Of a DNA stretch of 64,000 nucleotides, positions 45,512 through 55,945 are shown one piece after another (positions within the stretch are counted from its first letter, which is position 1; the number at the start of each line of letters is the position of its first letter). Where the stretch lies: the IMG/VR virus record IMGVR_UViG_3300038301_000548, positions 126,699 through 190,698 of that record. One strand, 5' to 3'. The notes beneath the pieces are model-generated. The model did no database searches. It was not told where the DNA came from and saw nothing but the letters and a program-made list of their open reading frames with translations. Source of the DNA: a virus. Made by a program: the position numbers and the translations under genes.

Positions 45512-48500
45512 TTATGCCATTTTGTTTTGATTATTAGGGCTTTCTTCCATCTTTCTCAATATTTCCGCCCCAAGGGATTGGTCTTTGCCCACTGCATCTA
45601 AGACAAAAGTTAATAATTCAAATTCTTTAACTAATATTTTTGCAAATTGTATTGCACGGTCTCTCGAACGATCCTCTAGGATTTCCAGAGACATGCTATC
45701 CCAGTCTTGCTGGTAGTCTTGAGGGTCATCTTCTTCTTGTCCTGCCTTATGACTATAGGGATATTTGCCGTAAACATTATCCTGGAAAGCTTCTTTTATT
45801 AAATTGTAAATTTCGCTTTTTTGCATGACTTTTGGTCTCCTTTTATTTTCTTTAACTGTCCCGTCTATAGCTATTGCACCAAGTATAACTTCTCTCTTTT
45901 CTTTAATAAAGGTCACTAATTTCGTAAAAAAAGAATCGTTTCCATGGAAGGCCACTTCGTCCATTTCTCCGACGGGCGCGCCACTGAAGTGGTCATTGAA
46001 TTTCGTATCCGCGTGCAGCCTTTTGCTTTTAATGACTGGTCCGGCGTATACCAAAGGGAGAACAGGCACCCAACTTTTATCTTTTTCAAACCAGCCCATC
46101 GCTTCGTCACTCTCCCCTGTGCTTGGTCTTATTTGGTCATAAGCCCTGATGATACCGGCGCCAGCGCCGGGGCGTTCTGTAAGCCAGATAATCAATGGCC
46201 ATATATTCTGGTCCTCCTTGGTTTCCTTAGTAGCCTTAAATATTTCCTTAACTTTGACCTCGCGCTGGGCGTTCTTTAGGGAAAACTGTAACGTGTTGTA
46301 CAACGCTGTAAAACTACTCTTTACTAGGAGGAGTTTTTGAGCTGAATTGAGCGTATTCCATTTTTTCTTAAATTCAGAACTGAGTGCACTGGAATCAACA
46401 TTGTCAGAGATAGAATCTTTATAATAATATAGACTAACGCTTGGCGCCAAATAGCCGCTCACTTTGGCCGCGGCGGCGCCGACCTTCATTGGCTTATTCT
46501 CCGGGTTGAATAGGTCCCGCAGCATTCGGCTTTTCTCGTACCAGTTAGGGTCTCTCACAAGCTGACCCCCTGCCAGGCCAGCCTCGGCTGCATCCTCGGG
46601 ATCAACCCCACGCCCAACTCTGTATCTTAACTTTTTGGCGAAAGCTTTTGCTACAGCTTCTCGGAATTCCGTAGGATAGGCGCCTTGAGTATCAAAATAC
46701 CTATCGGCAGTAGTATAGGCCGCCTTGCCTTTCGTCGCGACAGCTGCTTTAACCCATTCTTGAAGCTGACGACTACGACTTTGGAAAACTACTTCAAGTT
46801 CTTCTAATTTTAAAAGAACTTCAGCTTCAGCCTTATGACAAGCCTCAAACGCTTCTAAGATCTTAGTCCGCTTCGTTATCTCACTTGCGCCGGCGCCTAG
46901 GTCATCGAATCTTCTCCTGATATTATCTCCGATTTTCCGGATCGCTTTATTAGTCTCCGCGGCCGGATTGCGTAGGTGATCAAGAATATCTTTAGCGACA
47001 AGATCACCACCAGACATGTGGCGCCTAAGCTTATCCTTGAGTGCATTAAAAATATCAGTAGAAGCTTTTAAATTTTCGTCACCAGCCCCAAGGGCTTCAT
47101 TAAATGCCTTTCTAGCCTCGAGATATCTATCAACACTAGCTACAAGCTCTTTTCCGCCGGCTGAATTATCTAACGTTTCTTTAGCTAGTTTTCCTATAAC
47201 CTTTAGCAATGGCTTAATGGTGATATCCTTACCTTCCTCAGCAGCTGCTTGAACCTCATCAATTATTTTCTTGGTTGATCTAACAATATCTTCCATCTTA
47301 TCGATCCGATTCGCGTCCATTTCGGCGGTGGCTTTCCGCAAACGGTGATTCAACAAACCTGCCAGTTCTACGTAATCCTCAGTCTCCTTGGCAAGGTCAT
47401 ACGCGTTGTCACCAACCGGCAACTGGCGCGCCGCGCTCTTTTGCAATGATATTGTGTCATCAACCAGCCAGAGCACCTCGCCCGATTCGGGCATATACTC
47501 AAGATACAGCTTTTTGCTCTTTATTGCCTCATTGATAATTTCTTCAATTGACATTGCACCCTCTTTCATCGCCGCGGCAGTTCTCATACCATCGCGGGTG
47601 CTCTCGGCCTTTTTCAGTGCCTCTTTGGCCTGCTCCAAATCTTTTTGTGCTGCAGCCGCGTCATAACCGCTTTGTGCTACATTATCAAACTCGCCGCGCG
47701 CATTGGCCCTGACCCGGTTGTAGTTGGCCTGGGCGCCTTTAACGGCATCCTTCGCGACCCTATAGGCCGTTTCTGCCTCGCCGGCCTTTATCTGCTTGGC
47801 GCCGGCGCGGTCAGCCGCATAAAGAAAGTCGACTTCTTGACGGTCAGCGAGTTCTCGCAACTCCTCATCAATCTTGTTGATATCTGTTGCAATATCCTGT
47901 TGAACCCTCAGCGCCAGCTCTGTTCGGTTTAATCCAATAAGCTCAGCGGTTTCATCACCGATTACAAATGGTATCTTTTCAGCTTTGGCCTTTTCTACCT
48001 TATTAAAAAGGGCCTTTCCACTTCGCGTTAGGCTTCGAACAGCCTCGGGTGTCGCGACTGCTCCGGTACCGATTATTGCACCAAGTAAGATTTTATCTAA
48101 AACGCACGTAATCTCTGTCTCATCCAAATAAAGGCCGGCCCCGACTACCATGACCGCGGTAACTGGGTTAAAGAGGCCTATGCTACCCCCTACAATACCC
48201 GCCGCGGCATCCTCGGCACCAGAAGCGTGAGCCACATAACCTGCACCACCTGCGGCGCCTATCTGCAAGAGCCACTTTGTTAAACTTCTTTTTCCTGTAC
48301 CTGGTTTTCTTAATTTACTAAAAAGCTTACTCAGTAAAGTTGCTTCACCTTTCATCTTTGCCATCGTTGCCATAGTGAGTCTTGCGCTCTGTGTGGCCGC
48401 GTTCGTTGTAATGACCGCGGCGAGTGCTTTCTGAGCCAGGCTGTTTTGCTCCCAGGATCCACAATCATTGAGGTTATCAAGGTTTAGATGTATCGCATTC

Positions 48501-49399
48501 GGACTCACTTCTATTCCAGGCTGTTGCCCTGGTGGTTTTGATGGCGGTGGTTTATCTTGTGGATTATCGTCTTTTGCTGTTTTACTAACTTTTGTACCGC
48601 CGGCGGTATCAATTTTGTCTGACTCGGGTGGAGCCACAATTCTCTCTGCTGCAGCGAGGGCCCCGGTGCCAATTGGTTTCGTTGTAAGAGCCCAACACAG
48701 TTTCGCAATATCAAGGGCTGTGACGGTGGTGCCTTCGAAGGACTTTTCTGAATTCAGCTTTTTAATCTTTCTCATCTCTTCGTATGCTGCAATGTACATT
48801 GGCCCAAATTGTGGGACCATCTTCACCGGTGACCCAGCACTGTCGCCGCTTTCAGGGTCACTAGACCTAAAACGACTTGGGTATCTCTCGAGATCGCGCA
48901 CCGACCATGTATAATCGGGATCATTTTGGCGGAACCATTCTACCCATTCCACGCCGCTGTATTTCACGTGGCTCTTCAATTTGTTCTCAAATTGCTGCTT
49001 TTGCCACAGCTCTTTGCCAATGACTCCCATCAAAGGAAAATCGCCACCAGCGCCTTTGTCAATGCTCTTATTTGCAAATTTCATGCCGCGCGCGAGGTGC
49101 GAATCGTATTCTAGGTTGCCCACTTCGTCTTCAAACTGCAGTTTGTTCTGATCCAACACAAGGTTCAAAAAACCGAAATATTCGTAAGGGTGCGTTGGGT
49201 ACCTATTCATTCTTGCGACCATTCCCCGCATAGGCGTTAACGCCTTATTCGCCTCCTTAAAATCAGTTTGCTTTTTCATTACCTCATGGCTGGCGCCAGC
49301 GTACCAAGAATGTCTAAGAATTTCAGCAAAGATTAAAGCCATGGCATATGTTTGTTTTAACGTTAATTCATCTAAATTCAGTGTACTATTTTTCGACAT
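45512..49399 (-). CDS. Very large coiled-coil protein with a Gly/Ala hydrophobic segment; probable virion/ejection protein
   Basis: 1,295 aa; GAAGGAGYVA..AGIVGGSIGLFNPVTAVMVVGAGLY; long Ala/Lys/Glu heptads. Confidence 0.55.
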   Translation of the reverse strand: MSKNSTLNLDELTLKQTYAMALIFAEILRHSWYAGASHEVMKKQTDFKEANKALTPMRGMVARMNRYPTHPYEYFGFLNLVLDQNKLQFEDEVGNLEYDSHLARGMKFANKSIDKGAGGDFPLMGVIGKELWQKQQFENKLKSHVKYSGVEWVEWFRQNDPDYTWSVRDLERYPSRFRSSDPESGDSAGSPVKMVPQFGPMYIAAYEEMRKIKKLNSEKSFEGTTVTALDIAKLCWALTTKPIGTGALAAAERIVAPPESDKIDTAGGTKVSKTAKDDNPQDKPPPSKPPGQQPGIEVSPNAIHLNLDNLNDCGSWEQNSLAQKALAAVITTNAATQSARLTMATMAKMKGEATLLSKLFSKLRKPGTGKRSLTKWLLQIGAAGGAGYVAHASGAEDAAAGIVGGSIGLFNPVTAVMVVGAGLYLDETEITCVLDKILLGAIIGTGAVATPEAVRSLTRSGKALFNKVEKAKAEKIPFVIGDETAELIGLNRTELALRVQQDIATDINKIDEELRELADRQEVDFLYAADRAGAKQIKAGEAETAYRVAKDAVKGAQANYNRVRANARGEFDNVAQSGYDAAAAQKDLEQAKEALKKAESTRDGMRTAAAMKEGAMSIEEIINEAIKSKKLYLEYMPESGEVLWLVDDTISLQKSAARQLPVGDNAYDLAKETEDYVELAGLLNHRLRKATAEMDANRIDKMEDIVRSTKKIIDEVQAAAEEGKDITIKPLLKVIGKLAKETLDNSAGGKELVASVDRYLEARKAFNEALGAGDENLKASTDIFNALKDKLRRHMSGGDLVAKDILDHLRNPAAETNKAIRKIGDNIRRRFDDLGAGASEITKRTKILEAFEACHKAEAEVLLKLEELEVVFQSRSRQLQEWVKAAVATKGKAAYTTADRYFDTQGAYPTEFREAVAKAFAKKLRYRVGRGVDPEDAAEAGLAGGQLVRDPNWYEKSRMLRDLFNPENKPMKVGAAAAKVSGYLAPSVSLYYYKDSISDNVDSSALSSEFKKKWNTLNSAQKLLLVKSSFTALYNTLQFSLKNAQREVKVKEIFKATKETKEDQNIWPLIIWLTERPGAGAGIIRAYDQIRPSTGESDEAMGWFEKDKSWVPVLPLVYAGPVIKSKRLHADTKFNDHFSGAPVGEMDEVAFHGNDSFFTKLVTFIKEKREVILGAIAIDGTVKENKRRPKVMQKSEIYNLIKEAFQDNVYGKYPYSHKAGQEEDDPQDYQQDWDSMSLEILEDRSRDRAIQFAKILVKEFELLTFVLDAVGKDQSLGAEILRKMEESPNNQNKMA

Positions 49400-49425
49400 T
49401 ACTGTTTATTTCCTTTTTTTCTTTT

Positions 49426-50454
49426 TCATTTCGGGTCGACATCTGATCCTTTGCGTCGAGTGGTGGTTGCCGTAGCACCAGCGCGCCCCGGGGTGCTTAC
49501 AGTAGCCAGGCTTTCTGCGTTGCTGTCAATCTGATTAATAGCTGCCAGCAAGGGATCCCCCGGTTCCAATCCTTTTGAACTGAAGAATTTTTGGCGCCAA
49601 GACATATAATATTTTTTAAATTCCACCGGCTTGATATTGGCGCCAGTGGTTTGATTATGCATTGCAGCAAAGTCCTTGAAGTTCATGTTATCGTCTTTTT
49701 TTACAATATAGCCTTTTGACAAGAAATATAAAACAACAGTATACTTTTTTTCTACATTTAAATTGTCGAAGGCATCCGGTAATTTTAATTCAGATAATTT
49801 GCTGGACATTTTTGTGCCGGCTTTAAGAAATTTCGCAACTGTCAATTCCAGGTTTCCGATGACCTTCTCGTCCTCGATCTTGAAAAGTTCTTTCAATGCA
49901 CTTGTCTCCTCATCAACATTCCCAGAAGCATTGAAGACTATCTTCTCCTTGCCGCGTGGCCCTTGATCAACGGTGTATGTGGTAATATACTGGCTGCTCT
50001 CAGGCCTGAAATCACTCCCTAGGGTTATTGACATCTCCGTGTGGCCCTCAGTTTGTTTGTTTTTCTCATCTTTTTTGTTCACCCCGGGTGTAGATTCAGG
50101 TGTAGATTCAGGCGGCCTTACTGCTGTTTGATCTTTAGGTTTAGGTTTAGGATCAGATATAGGCGTTTTTGCTCCTGTTTGATCTTTAGGTTTAGGTTTA
50201 GGCAGTTTTACTGTTTTTTGCCCGGTGTTATCACCGTCATCTGCATTTGGTGTTTTTCCATCGTCCTCTTTCTTTTTGCCGTCACCGCCTTCACCTTTAG
50301 ATTTCACTGGCCAGTTTTTCAGGCCGCCTTTACCACCAGATGTTGTATTTATTTTTATGGCAGGCTCGGTCTTTTTGAGCAGACCCCCTTGCTCTACCAA
50401 AAGAAATTGTTCTTTTATTAGATTCTTTATTTCATCTCTTGTAAAATCAATCAT
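49426..50454 (-). CDS. Hypothetical protein with a duplicated KPKPKDQT linker
   Basis: 28-bp direct repeat at 50124-50151 and 50175-50202; N-terminus FTRDEIKNLIKEQ. Confidence 0.6.
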   Translation of the reverse strand: MIDFTRDEIKNLIKEQFLLVEQGGLLKKTEPAIKINTTSGGKGGLKNWPVKSKGEGGDGKKKEDDGKTPNADDGDNTGQKTVKLPKPKPKDQTGAKTPISDPKPKPKDQTAVRPPESTPESTPGVNKKDEKNKQTEGHTEMSITLGSDFRPESSQYITTYTVDQGPRGKEKIVFNASGNVDEETSALKELFKIEDEKVIGNLELTVAKFLKAGTKMSSKLSELKLPDAFDNLNVEKKYTVVLYFLSKGYIVKKDDNMNFKDFAAMHNQTTGANIKPVEFKKYYMSWRQKFFSSKGLEPGDPLLAAINQIDSNAESLATVSTPGRAGATATTTRRKGSDVDPK

Positions 50455-50456
50455 GA

Positions 50457-53400
50457 TTAAAGGTCATCCTCCACTTCTCGCGAAAGTCTAGAGATGGTCT
50501 CCCCTGGTCGCATTATTGCCAAGAGGGTCTCGTTACTAGGGTTGCTTTGAAAACCGCGGATTGCCTGGCTTAATAGTCGGCATGCCAATATAAAATTATT
50601 GCATAGCTTCAAAACTTCTTGGAGAAGCTTTGGGTCTTTATTAAATACATACCTTTCTTTTTTCCTTTGTTCCATTACCATAAACCCTCTAAAGGCAACA
50701 GCCCTCCTATGATAATCTTTAAGAGTATTAAGAATTCGTTTAAATTCAAGTTTCTCCGGAGAGATTATATCAAGATCAGCAACACTCTTGCCGCCTTTCA
50801 TAGCCCAGAGAAAGGCATCAGCGCGGCTCCATGTTTCTATTCCAGACTCGAAGCAGAATGCCCTCTTTTCTCTCTTTGAAACATGAAGAAAGCCAATATT
50901 ATAAACACCTGGACTCTTCCTATCAGGGTCGCCCCTATCAAGGTCAAACGCACCAAAGTTTAGACCATATATATCACTAAATGAGTTGTCTAGATTCCAT
51001 TTAAACTTCTTTACTTCCCCTGGGGCCCCACCAGCCAAGTGATCTTCCATATTCCTCCAAAAAATGTTCTTAATGTTATTGGATATCCTTATCTGATCTC
51101 TGATTGCTTGCTCAGACGCCTTCCCAATATATTGAGCATTACTCAAGTAACTATAGGCCGTCGAGAATGTCTTTCTACCTGCGCGGTCGTCTTCACCTAG
51201 GCCGTATTTACAATACTCCCCGCCTTTCAGGATAAGTGCAAGGGTATTTCTCAAATCATAGCCATTCTTGATGTTTTTTGCGCCATGGCATGCTGTTTTG
51301 GATGTCGCGCCTCTTTGAGGTGGCGCGCTGCCGGTTGGAGTTTGCGTATTTGAACCCAGACTCCAACTCTTTATGATTTTTGCAGTATCGCTTTCGTCTC
51401 CTTCAGTATTGGCGCCACTGGTGACCTTGGCCTCCGCGCCGAGCGCCGTGGCAATCTTGCCTTTATCGCCCCATGCAACTCTTGATCCTCTTATATCATA
51501 ATGGACCCATCCATCGTAATAGCCTAGGCCACCCGCGGTGATTTCTCCCGAAGCCATCATATCATTGACGATTTTATAAATCTGAGGGATCGTCTTGGTA
51601 TTACCCTTTGCTGGCTTGATATCCGCAGCTCTACCCAGCATATGTTGTGATGTTGTAGCGCCATTGATGGAGGTATTATAATCTGGAGTTCTATATCCTG
51701 AACTTATTCCTAAGGCCCCTGTCTTATTACGAATCTTTTCTAGTTCAATGGCCAAGGCTCTAACATTTTTCTTATATTTCTCAGGGACAGGGGTATTATT
51801 TTTATCTTTACACTTAAATTCTTCATACGAAAAGTGTGGCGCACCGGGGATTTTTGTTGTTGTTTTCTTCTTCTGCTCTTCGAGTTGATTCATCATCATA
51901 GCCTTTGGTGATGGCGCATTAGTCCTCAGTACTTCTCCTGTCTTTGTACTCTTTATCTGTGTTGACCCATCCTGGCCATAGGTAGTGGTTGTTGTTGGGT
52001 TCCTCTTTTGTCGTTGTCGAATATTTAAATTATTTTTATCTATTTTTATTTTTAAACCTTTTTTTATTTTCTTATTAAGATTCCTGTAGAACAACATTGT
52101 TGATTCGAGCTGCCGACACAATTTCTTATAAAATAGGGCCGGGCGCGCCGTTGAATCACTGCAGGCTTTATTGAACAAATCCCTCATATCTGCTTGAACC
52201 CGCTTCGTCTCCGGGGTAAGTTCAACTTTGAGATTCTTTCTATTGATTTCACCAGAGCCCTGTTGCGTATTTTTAGAATACACTGTCATGATCGCTGTTG
52301 CGGCCGCATCGATAACTTTAAAGCTATTTTCAACCCTTTTTTTAATTAGCGTCTCGTCTTCCTTCAGATCCTTTTTGAAATTTTTAAAGTTAATACTAGT
52401 TTTCTTTCCATCGGCTCTTAGAACTTTTAATATGTTCTGAAATTCACGATCCATTTCCTTCGCCTGGATCTCTGTCTCTGTCCAAAGATTATGCACCCAC
52501 ATCCCAATTAACAACGCTATCTCCATCGCCTCAATTTTCATCAAACCTTTTGCGATGAGTATTTGTGACGCTTTTGTCAGCCTAGCCCGGGTGGCCGCTG
52601 CGCGCGCAAGAGTGAGTCCTTTGCCCATCTGAAAGGGTAAGGCATACAGGAGTATGTCCCCTAGGATTTCTAGAGATTTCCTAAAGGTCGACTTGGCTTC
52701 TTCTTCGTCTTTCTCTATCCTTTGTCTGGCCCAATTTTGAAACTGCGTTGCTTTCGCGAGTTCTCTTACGGCTATCTTTTTCTGCTCCTCACTACCCTTG
52801 GATGCGGCAGCCAACGAAGCATTGATGTTTACAAGGAATTCACTACTATAATAATCAATCATCGTCATAAGGTTGGGAAATTTGCTTATATCACCACGAG
52901 AGACTCCTTCGTTAGAGAAAGGGATATCAAGTATACAGATCATTAAGTGCTTGATCAAGTCATCAGAAAATGTCGAATCAAGCTCTTTAGCACACCCGGC
53001 ATCAGTGCCAGGTTCCGGAGCCATTCCACCTAAGTTAGTCGATTGACCGACAGCTTTCATAAGGGTGTGCACACTTCCACCTCGGCCCCATATCTTGTCA
53101 GCTAGACTTCTAAATTTTGGATCCTTATCAACCCTCGTGTAATATTGGCGCCAATTTTTCCATTGCGGACTGTCTTTTGGTAGACACATCCCCACAACCA
53201 GACCCATTTCTTTTAAGTACCATTGCTTGGCTCTCAGACCTTCTTCCGTTTTATGCGCAACCTGGTAAGCCTCTATGGTTTTATAACCTTCGCCGCAGTT
53301 TCTGCCGTCCCTCGCGCGGAAGATTTTAAGCTCTCGATCAAAGACTTGAGAAATTTCTTTAGGAGGGTTCTGAGGGTCGTAACCCCCACCGGTCCAATCT

Positions 53401-54227
53401 TTGCCGGTTGTTGTGTCAGCCATGTCGATATCAGTGGAACTGCCTACCATTGTCGGATATTCTGTCAACAATGCGACACCCTCTTCTAGTCCATAACCCA
53501 CCGGTGCAGTTCTCAAGGTATTTATGGACCCATCCGAAGCATTTCCGGGGTTATAAGATTTGCTTGTTGCTTTTTTTACCTTTTGGGGCTCTATTTTATT
53601 TTCTGAAGGTTTCCACTTCTTAAAACCTTCCTTGTTTTTAAAAGTGCCCTTAACCCCGACTCTGATAATTTTCCAGACAATATCTAAAAATTCCGAGTTT
53701 GCTTTTCGAAAATACTCATCTTTTAGGTCCGGAAACTCTTCTTGTAGATTTTCTTGTAGATTTTCTAATATTGAAGCTACTAACTTTTTATTTATTTCAA
53801 TAAAATTGTCTTTACAAAACTCGTCTTTTATAAATTTTCTAGTTTTTAATACTATTTTTCTTTCTTTTTGGTCAAATTCAGGATCTACAATTGGTCGTAA
53901 TGCAGCGCTCCCAGCTATTGGCGCGCCCACACTTGGTAATTTCATAAAAGCTGCCCAGACGATGCGCGCCCCGACGGTAGAATATTTTACGTCAGGCTCT
54001 ACGGTTTTCTCAAGCTGTTTCCATATCCAGTTGCCGGCAGGAGCCACTGTGGCATCCCAAGCCTCTCCTGGCGTTGGGTACATACCCATACTTTTCGAAT
54101 CTTGAGATGGATCGACCTCATTTAAGATTATTCTTTGAATTTCTGGGTCATCTTTAAAAGCTGTTTCTAGTTTCTGTTCTAGTTTTAGCTTTTTTAGCTC
54201 TTCTATTATAAATTTTTCTATATTCAT
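50457..54227 (-). CDS. Large virion protein with an internal peptidase M15A domain
   Basis: PHFSYEEFKCKD..LEKIRNKTG..ISSGYRTPDYN..GATTSQHMLGRAADI..GLGYYDGWVHYDIRG; ACTATTTA motif at 54233-54240. Confidence 0.75.
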   Translation of the reverse strand: MNIEKFIIEELKKLKLEQKLETAFKDDPEIQRIILNEVDPSQDSKSMGMYPTPGEAWDATVAPAGNWIWKQLEKTVEPDVKYSTVGARIVWAAFMKLPSVGAPIAGSAALRPIVDPEFDQKERKIVLKTRKFIKDEFCKDNFIEINKKLVASILENLQENLQEEFPDLKDEYFRKANSEFLDIVWKIIRVGVKGTFKNKEGFKKWKPSENKIEPQKVKKATSKSYNPGNASDGSINTLRTAPVGYGLEEGVALLTEYPTMVGSSTDIDMADTTTGKDWTGGGYDPQNPPKEISQVFDRELKIFRARDGRNCGEGYKTIEAYQVAHKTEEGLRAKQWYLKEMGLVVGMCLPKDSPQWKNWRQYYTRVDKDPKFRSLADKIWGRGGSVHTLMKAVGQSTNLGGMAPEPGTDAGCAKELDSTFSDDLIKHLMICILDIPFSNEGVSRGDISKFPNLMTMIDYYSSEFLVNINASLAAASKGSEEQKKIAVRELAKATQFQNWARQRIEKDEEEAKSTFRKSLEILGDILLYALPFQMGKGLTLARAAATRARLTKASQILIAKGLMKIEAMEIALLIGMWVHNLWTETEIQAKEMDREFQNILKVLRADGKKTSINFKNFKKDLKEDETLIKKRVENSFKVIDAAATAIMTVYSKNTQQGSGEINRKNLKVELTPETKRVQADMRDLFNKACSDSTARPALFYKKLCRQLESTMLFYRNLNKKIKKGLKIKIDKNNLNIRQRQKRNPTTTTTYGQDGSTQIKSTKTGEVLRTNAPSPKAMMMNQLEEQKKKTTTKIPGAPHFSYEEFKCKDKNNTPVPEKYKKNVRALAIELEKIRNKTGALGISSGYRTPDYNTSINGATTSQHMLGRAADIKPAKGNTKTIPQIYKIVNDMMASGEITAGGLGYYDGWVHYDIRGSRVAWGDKGKIATALGAEAKVTSGANTEGDESDTAKIIKSWSLGSNTQTPTGSAPPQRGATSKTACHGAKNIKNGYDLRNTLALILKGGEYCKYGLGEDDRAGRKTFSTAYSYLSNAQYIGKASEQAIRDQIRISNNIKNIFWRNMEDHLAGGAPGEVKKFKWNLDNSFSDIYGLNFGAFDLDRGDPDRKSPGVYNIGFLHVSKREKRAFCFESGIETWSRADAFLWAMKGGKSVADLDIISPEKLEFKRILNTLKDYHRRAVAFRGFMVMEQRKKERYVFNKDPKLLQEVLKLCNNFILACRLLSQAIRGFQSNPSNETLLAIMRPGETISRLSREVEDDL

Positions 54228-54257
54228 GGTAATAAATAGTTTTTTTTAGCTATTATA

Positions 54258-54551
54258 TCATCTTAATGAGGGATCTTTACTAGTATTTTTCAATTTTGGT
54301 AAAAAATCTCTTTTAAGTTTAAGCAATTTTTCAAATCTAACCTTTTGTTTGGCATCTGTGTATAAGACTTGTGGTTTTTTATACTGTCCATTGATCAGGA
54401 GGTCATCAAAATTATAAAATTTTGTTTTAGTGGACTTTTTATGCTGGACTTTTATATACAGGGCTTTAAAATTGTATAATTTAGTTTTTTCCTGGGAATT
54501 TGCTGTTGTTACGAAGAAAGAAAATATAAAAAAAGTAAAAATTGCTTTCAT
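54258..54551 (-). CDS. Small exported protein resembling myxobacterial gliding protein CglF/GltF
   Basis: Signal peptide, then YNFDDLLINGQYKKPQ..FEKLLKLKRDFLPKL; matches my recollection of the (I/F)xF(D/E)D.LI.G..xKP…F..L…R..F pattern. Confidence 0.45.
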   Translation of the reverse strand: MKAIFTFFIFSFFVTTANSQEKTKLYNFKALYIKVQHKKSTKTKFYNFDDLLINGQYKKPQVLYTDAKQKVRFEKLLKLKRDFLPKLKNTSKDPSLR

Positions 54552-54579
54552 GTTGGATTAATCTCCGATTTTTGCAAAA

Positions 54580-54924
54580 TTATAAGATTTTAATGTTGCC
54601 TGCTAGAGTAAGTACTGTATTTTTTACTTCTTCTCTTGTTAATTGCTTGTTTTTGGAAAAGATTTCAAATATTTTCTCCAAAAGTGACTTTGCAAATGCA
54701 TTATTTTTATTTTCGTGGCCATCGGGAAGGCTTGAGACAATTTCGTTCACTGCATCAACAGCATATTGACCAAAGTCACCAGTTTCCGAAAGATCCTTTG
54801 ATTCCAAATTGAGTATTTTCAAATATTTTTCTGCTTTTTTGCTTGACTTTGAGCACCCTTTCTTTTTTTTTCCGCCATTCTTAAGAATTTTAAAAACACA
54901 TTTACCTTTTTGTTTCCATGGCAT
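54580..54924 (-). CDS. Phage hypothetical protein (MPWKQKGKCV..KKGCSKS); start corrected to 54924
   Basis: GGAG Shine-Dalgarno before the ATG at 54924. Confidence 0.55.
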   Translation of the reverse strand: MPWKQKGKCVFKILKNGGKKKKGCSKSSKKAEKYLKILNLESKDLSETGDFGQYAVDAVNEIVSSLPDGHENKNNAFAKSLLEKIFEIFSKNKQLTREEVKNTVLTLAGNIKIL

Positions 54925-54929
54925 TATTT

Positions 54930-55166
54930 TTACTCTCCATAATTGCAATCACAGGGATCGCATTCGCAAAATTCGCAAAATTCGCAAGTTTGTTGCAACG
55001 TCTCTCCAAAGTTTAGAGAAATTTCTTCAAATATGGCATCTGAGATCTTCTTGTCAACCTCTCTGGCATGATCGTGACCAATTTTCTCTACCATTTCGCT
55101 CAAATTTCTTCTAGCTTCCCATGGTGATAGGGTGTTTTTGTCCATTTCGATACAAATTATGCACAT
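54930..55166 (-). CDS. Small Cys-rich protein
   Basis: MCIIC at the N-terminus; CEFCEFCECDPCDC at the C-terminus. Confidence 0.55.
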   Translation of the reverse strand: MCIICIEMDKNTLSPWEARRNLSEMVEKIGHDHAREVDKKISDAIFEEISLNFGETLQQTCEFCEFCECDPCDCNYGE

Positions 55167-55171
55167 GAAGG

Positions 55172-55945
55172 TTATCTTCGCTTCTCTGGGTTGGCAAAGC
55201 CAACACCAACTGGCTCATGAGCACCAGGAAAGTATTTTTTACTAGCGCTGACCGGCCTGAATAAAGACTTTTCGCCTCCGATAGCATATTTTTGCCAACC
55301 AGGATAAGCACCTGTCTCCCCAAGAGTGCGGATAAACCAAGAAGCATTCCTTATATAGCTTCTCATATCTCTTATAGATGCTCCAAACTGCCCAGGACGA
55401 CTCTCCTGTTCTGGCATGCCACTATTTATATAGGCTTCTATATTGGTGTACTTTCTTTTGGCGACATCTCTCCCGTAGTCATCCCACTTTTCCGCAAAAT
55501 AATCTATCTCATCGGCCGAGAACTTATACCACTTTTGAGGCGCCGCGGAACGTAACAGCTCTTCTTTGATAGTTGATTGGATCTCTCTGTCAGTATAGCC
55601 GAGGCGTAAAGCATACCGGTACGCCCAATCCATAGCGGTCTCTAAGATTTTACCGTTAGAGTCTTTTCTTAAATATAGGTGGTTTCCAGATTCTCCAGTT
55701 ACAGTTAGGACCTGTAAGGACACATACACGGTCGCTATTTTTTCAAGAGCTACTCGTTTTCGACTATTGGGATCGTCTGCTGCTGTTTCTTTTTCAGGTT
55801 CAGCCGGGTTCTGCCCGCCGCCACTGCCTCCCCCTCCTTTATCATCGGGGATCCCACTTTGGCCACCACCCCCATCCAGAGGGTAACTCCCGGGAGCAAG
55901 ATCTTCAGAGATATACTTTCTCCAGTTTTCAAATAATTTCTTCAT
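55172..55945 (-). CDS. Hypothetical protein with MKKLFENWRKYISE leader
   Basis: Same leader family as the cassette genes; AGGAG Shine-Dalgarno. Confidence 0.7.
   Translation of the reverse strand: MKKLFENWRKYISEDLAPGSYPLDGGGGQSGIPDDKGGGGSGGGQNPAEPEKETAADDPNSRKRVALEKIATVYVSLQVLTVTGESGNHLYLRKDSNGKILETAMDWAYRYALRLGYTDREIQSTIKEELLRSAAPQKWYKFSADEIDYFAEKWDDYGRDVAKRKYTNIEAYINSGMPEQESRPGQFGASIRDMRSYIRNASWFIRTLGETGAYPGWQKYAIGGEKSLFRPVSASKKYFPGAHEPVGVGFANPEKRR

Noticed and set aside
50124-50202. Telomere-like (TTTAGG)n repeats
   Set aside because: They simply encode the duplicated KPKPKDQT linker inside ORF 49426..50454.
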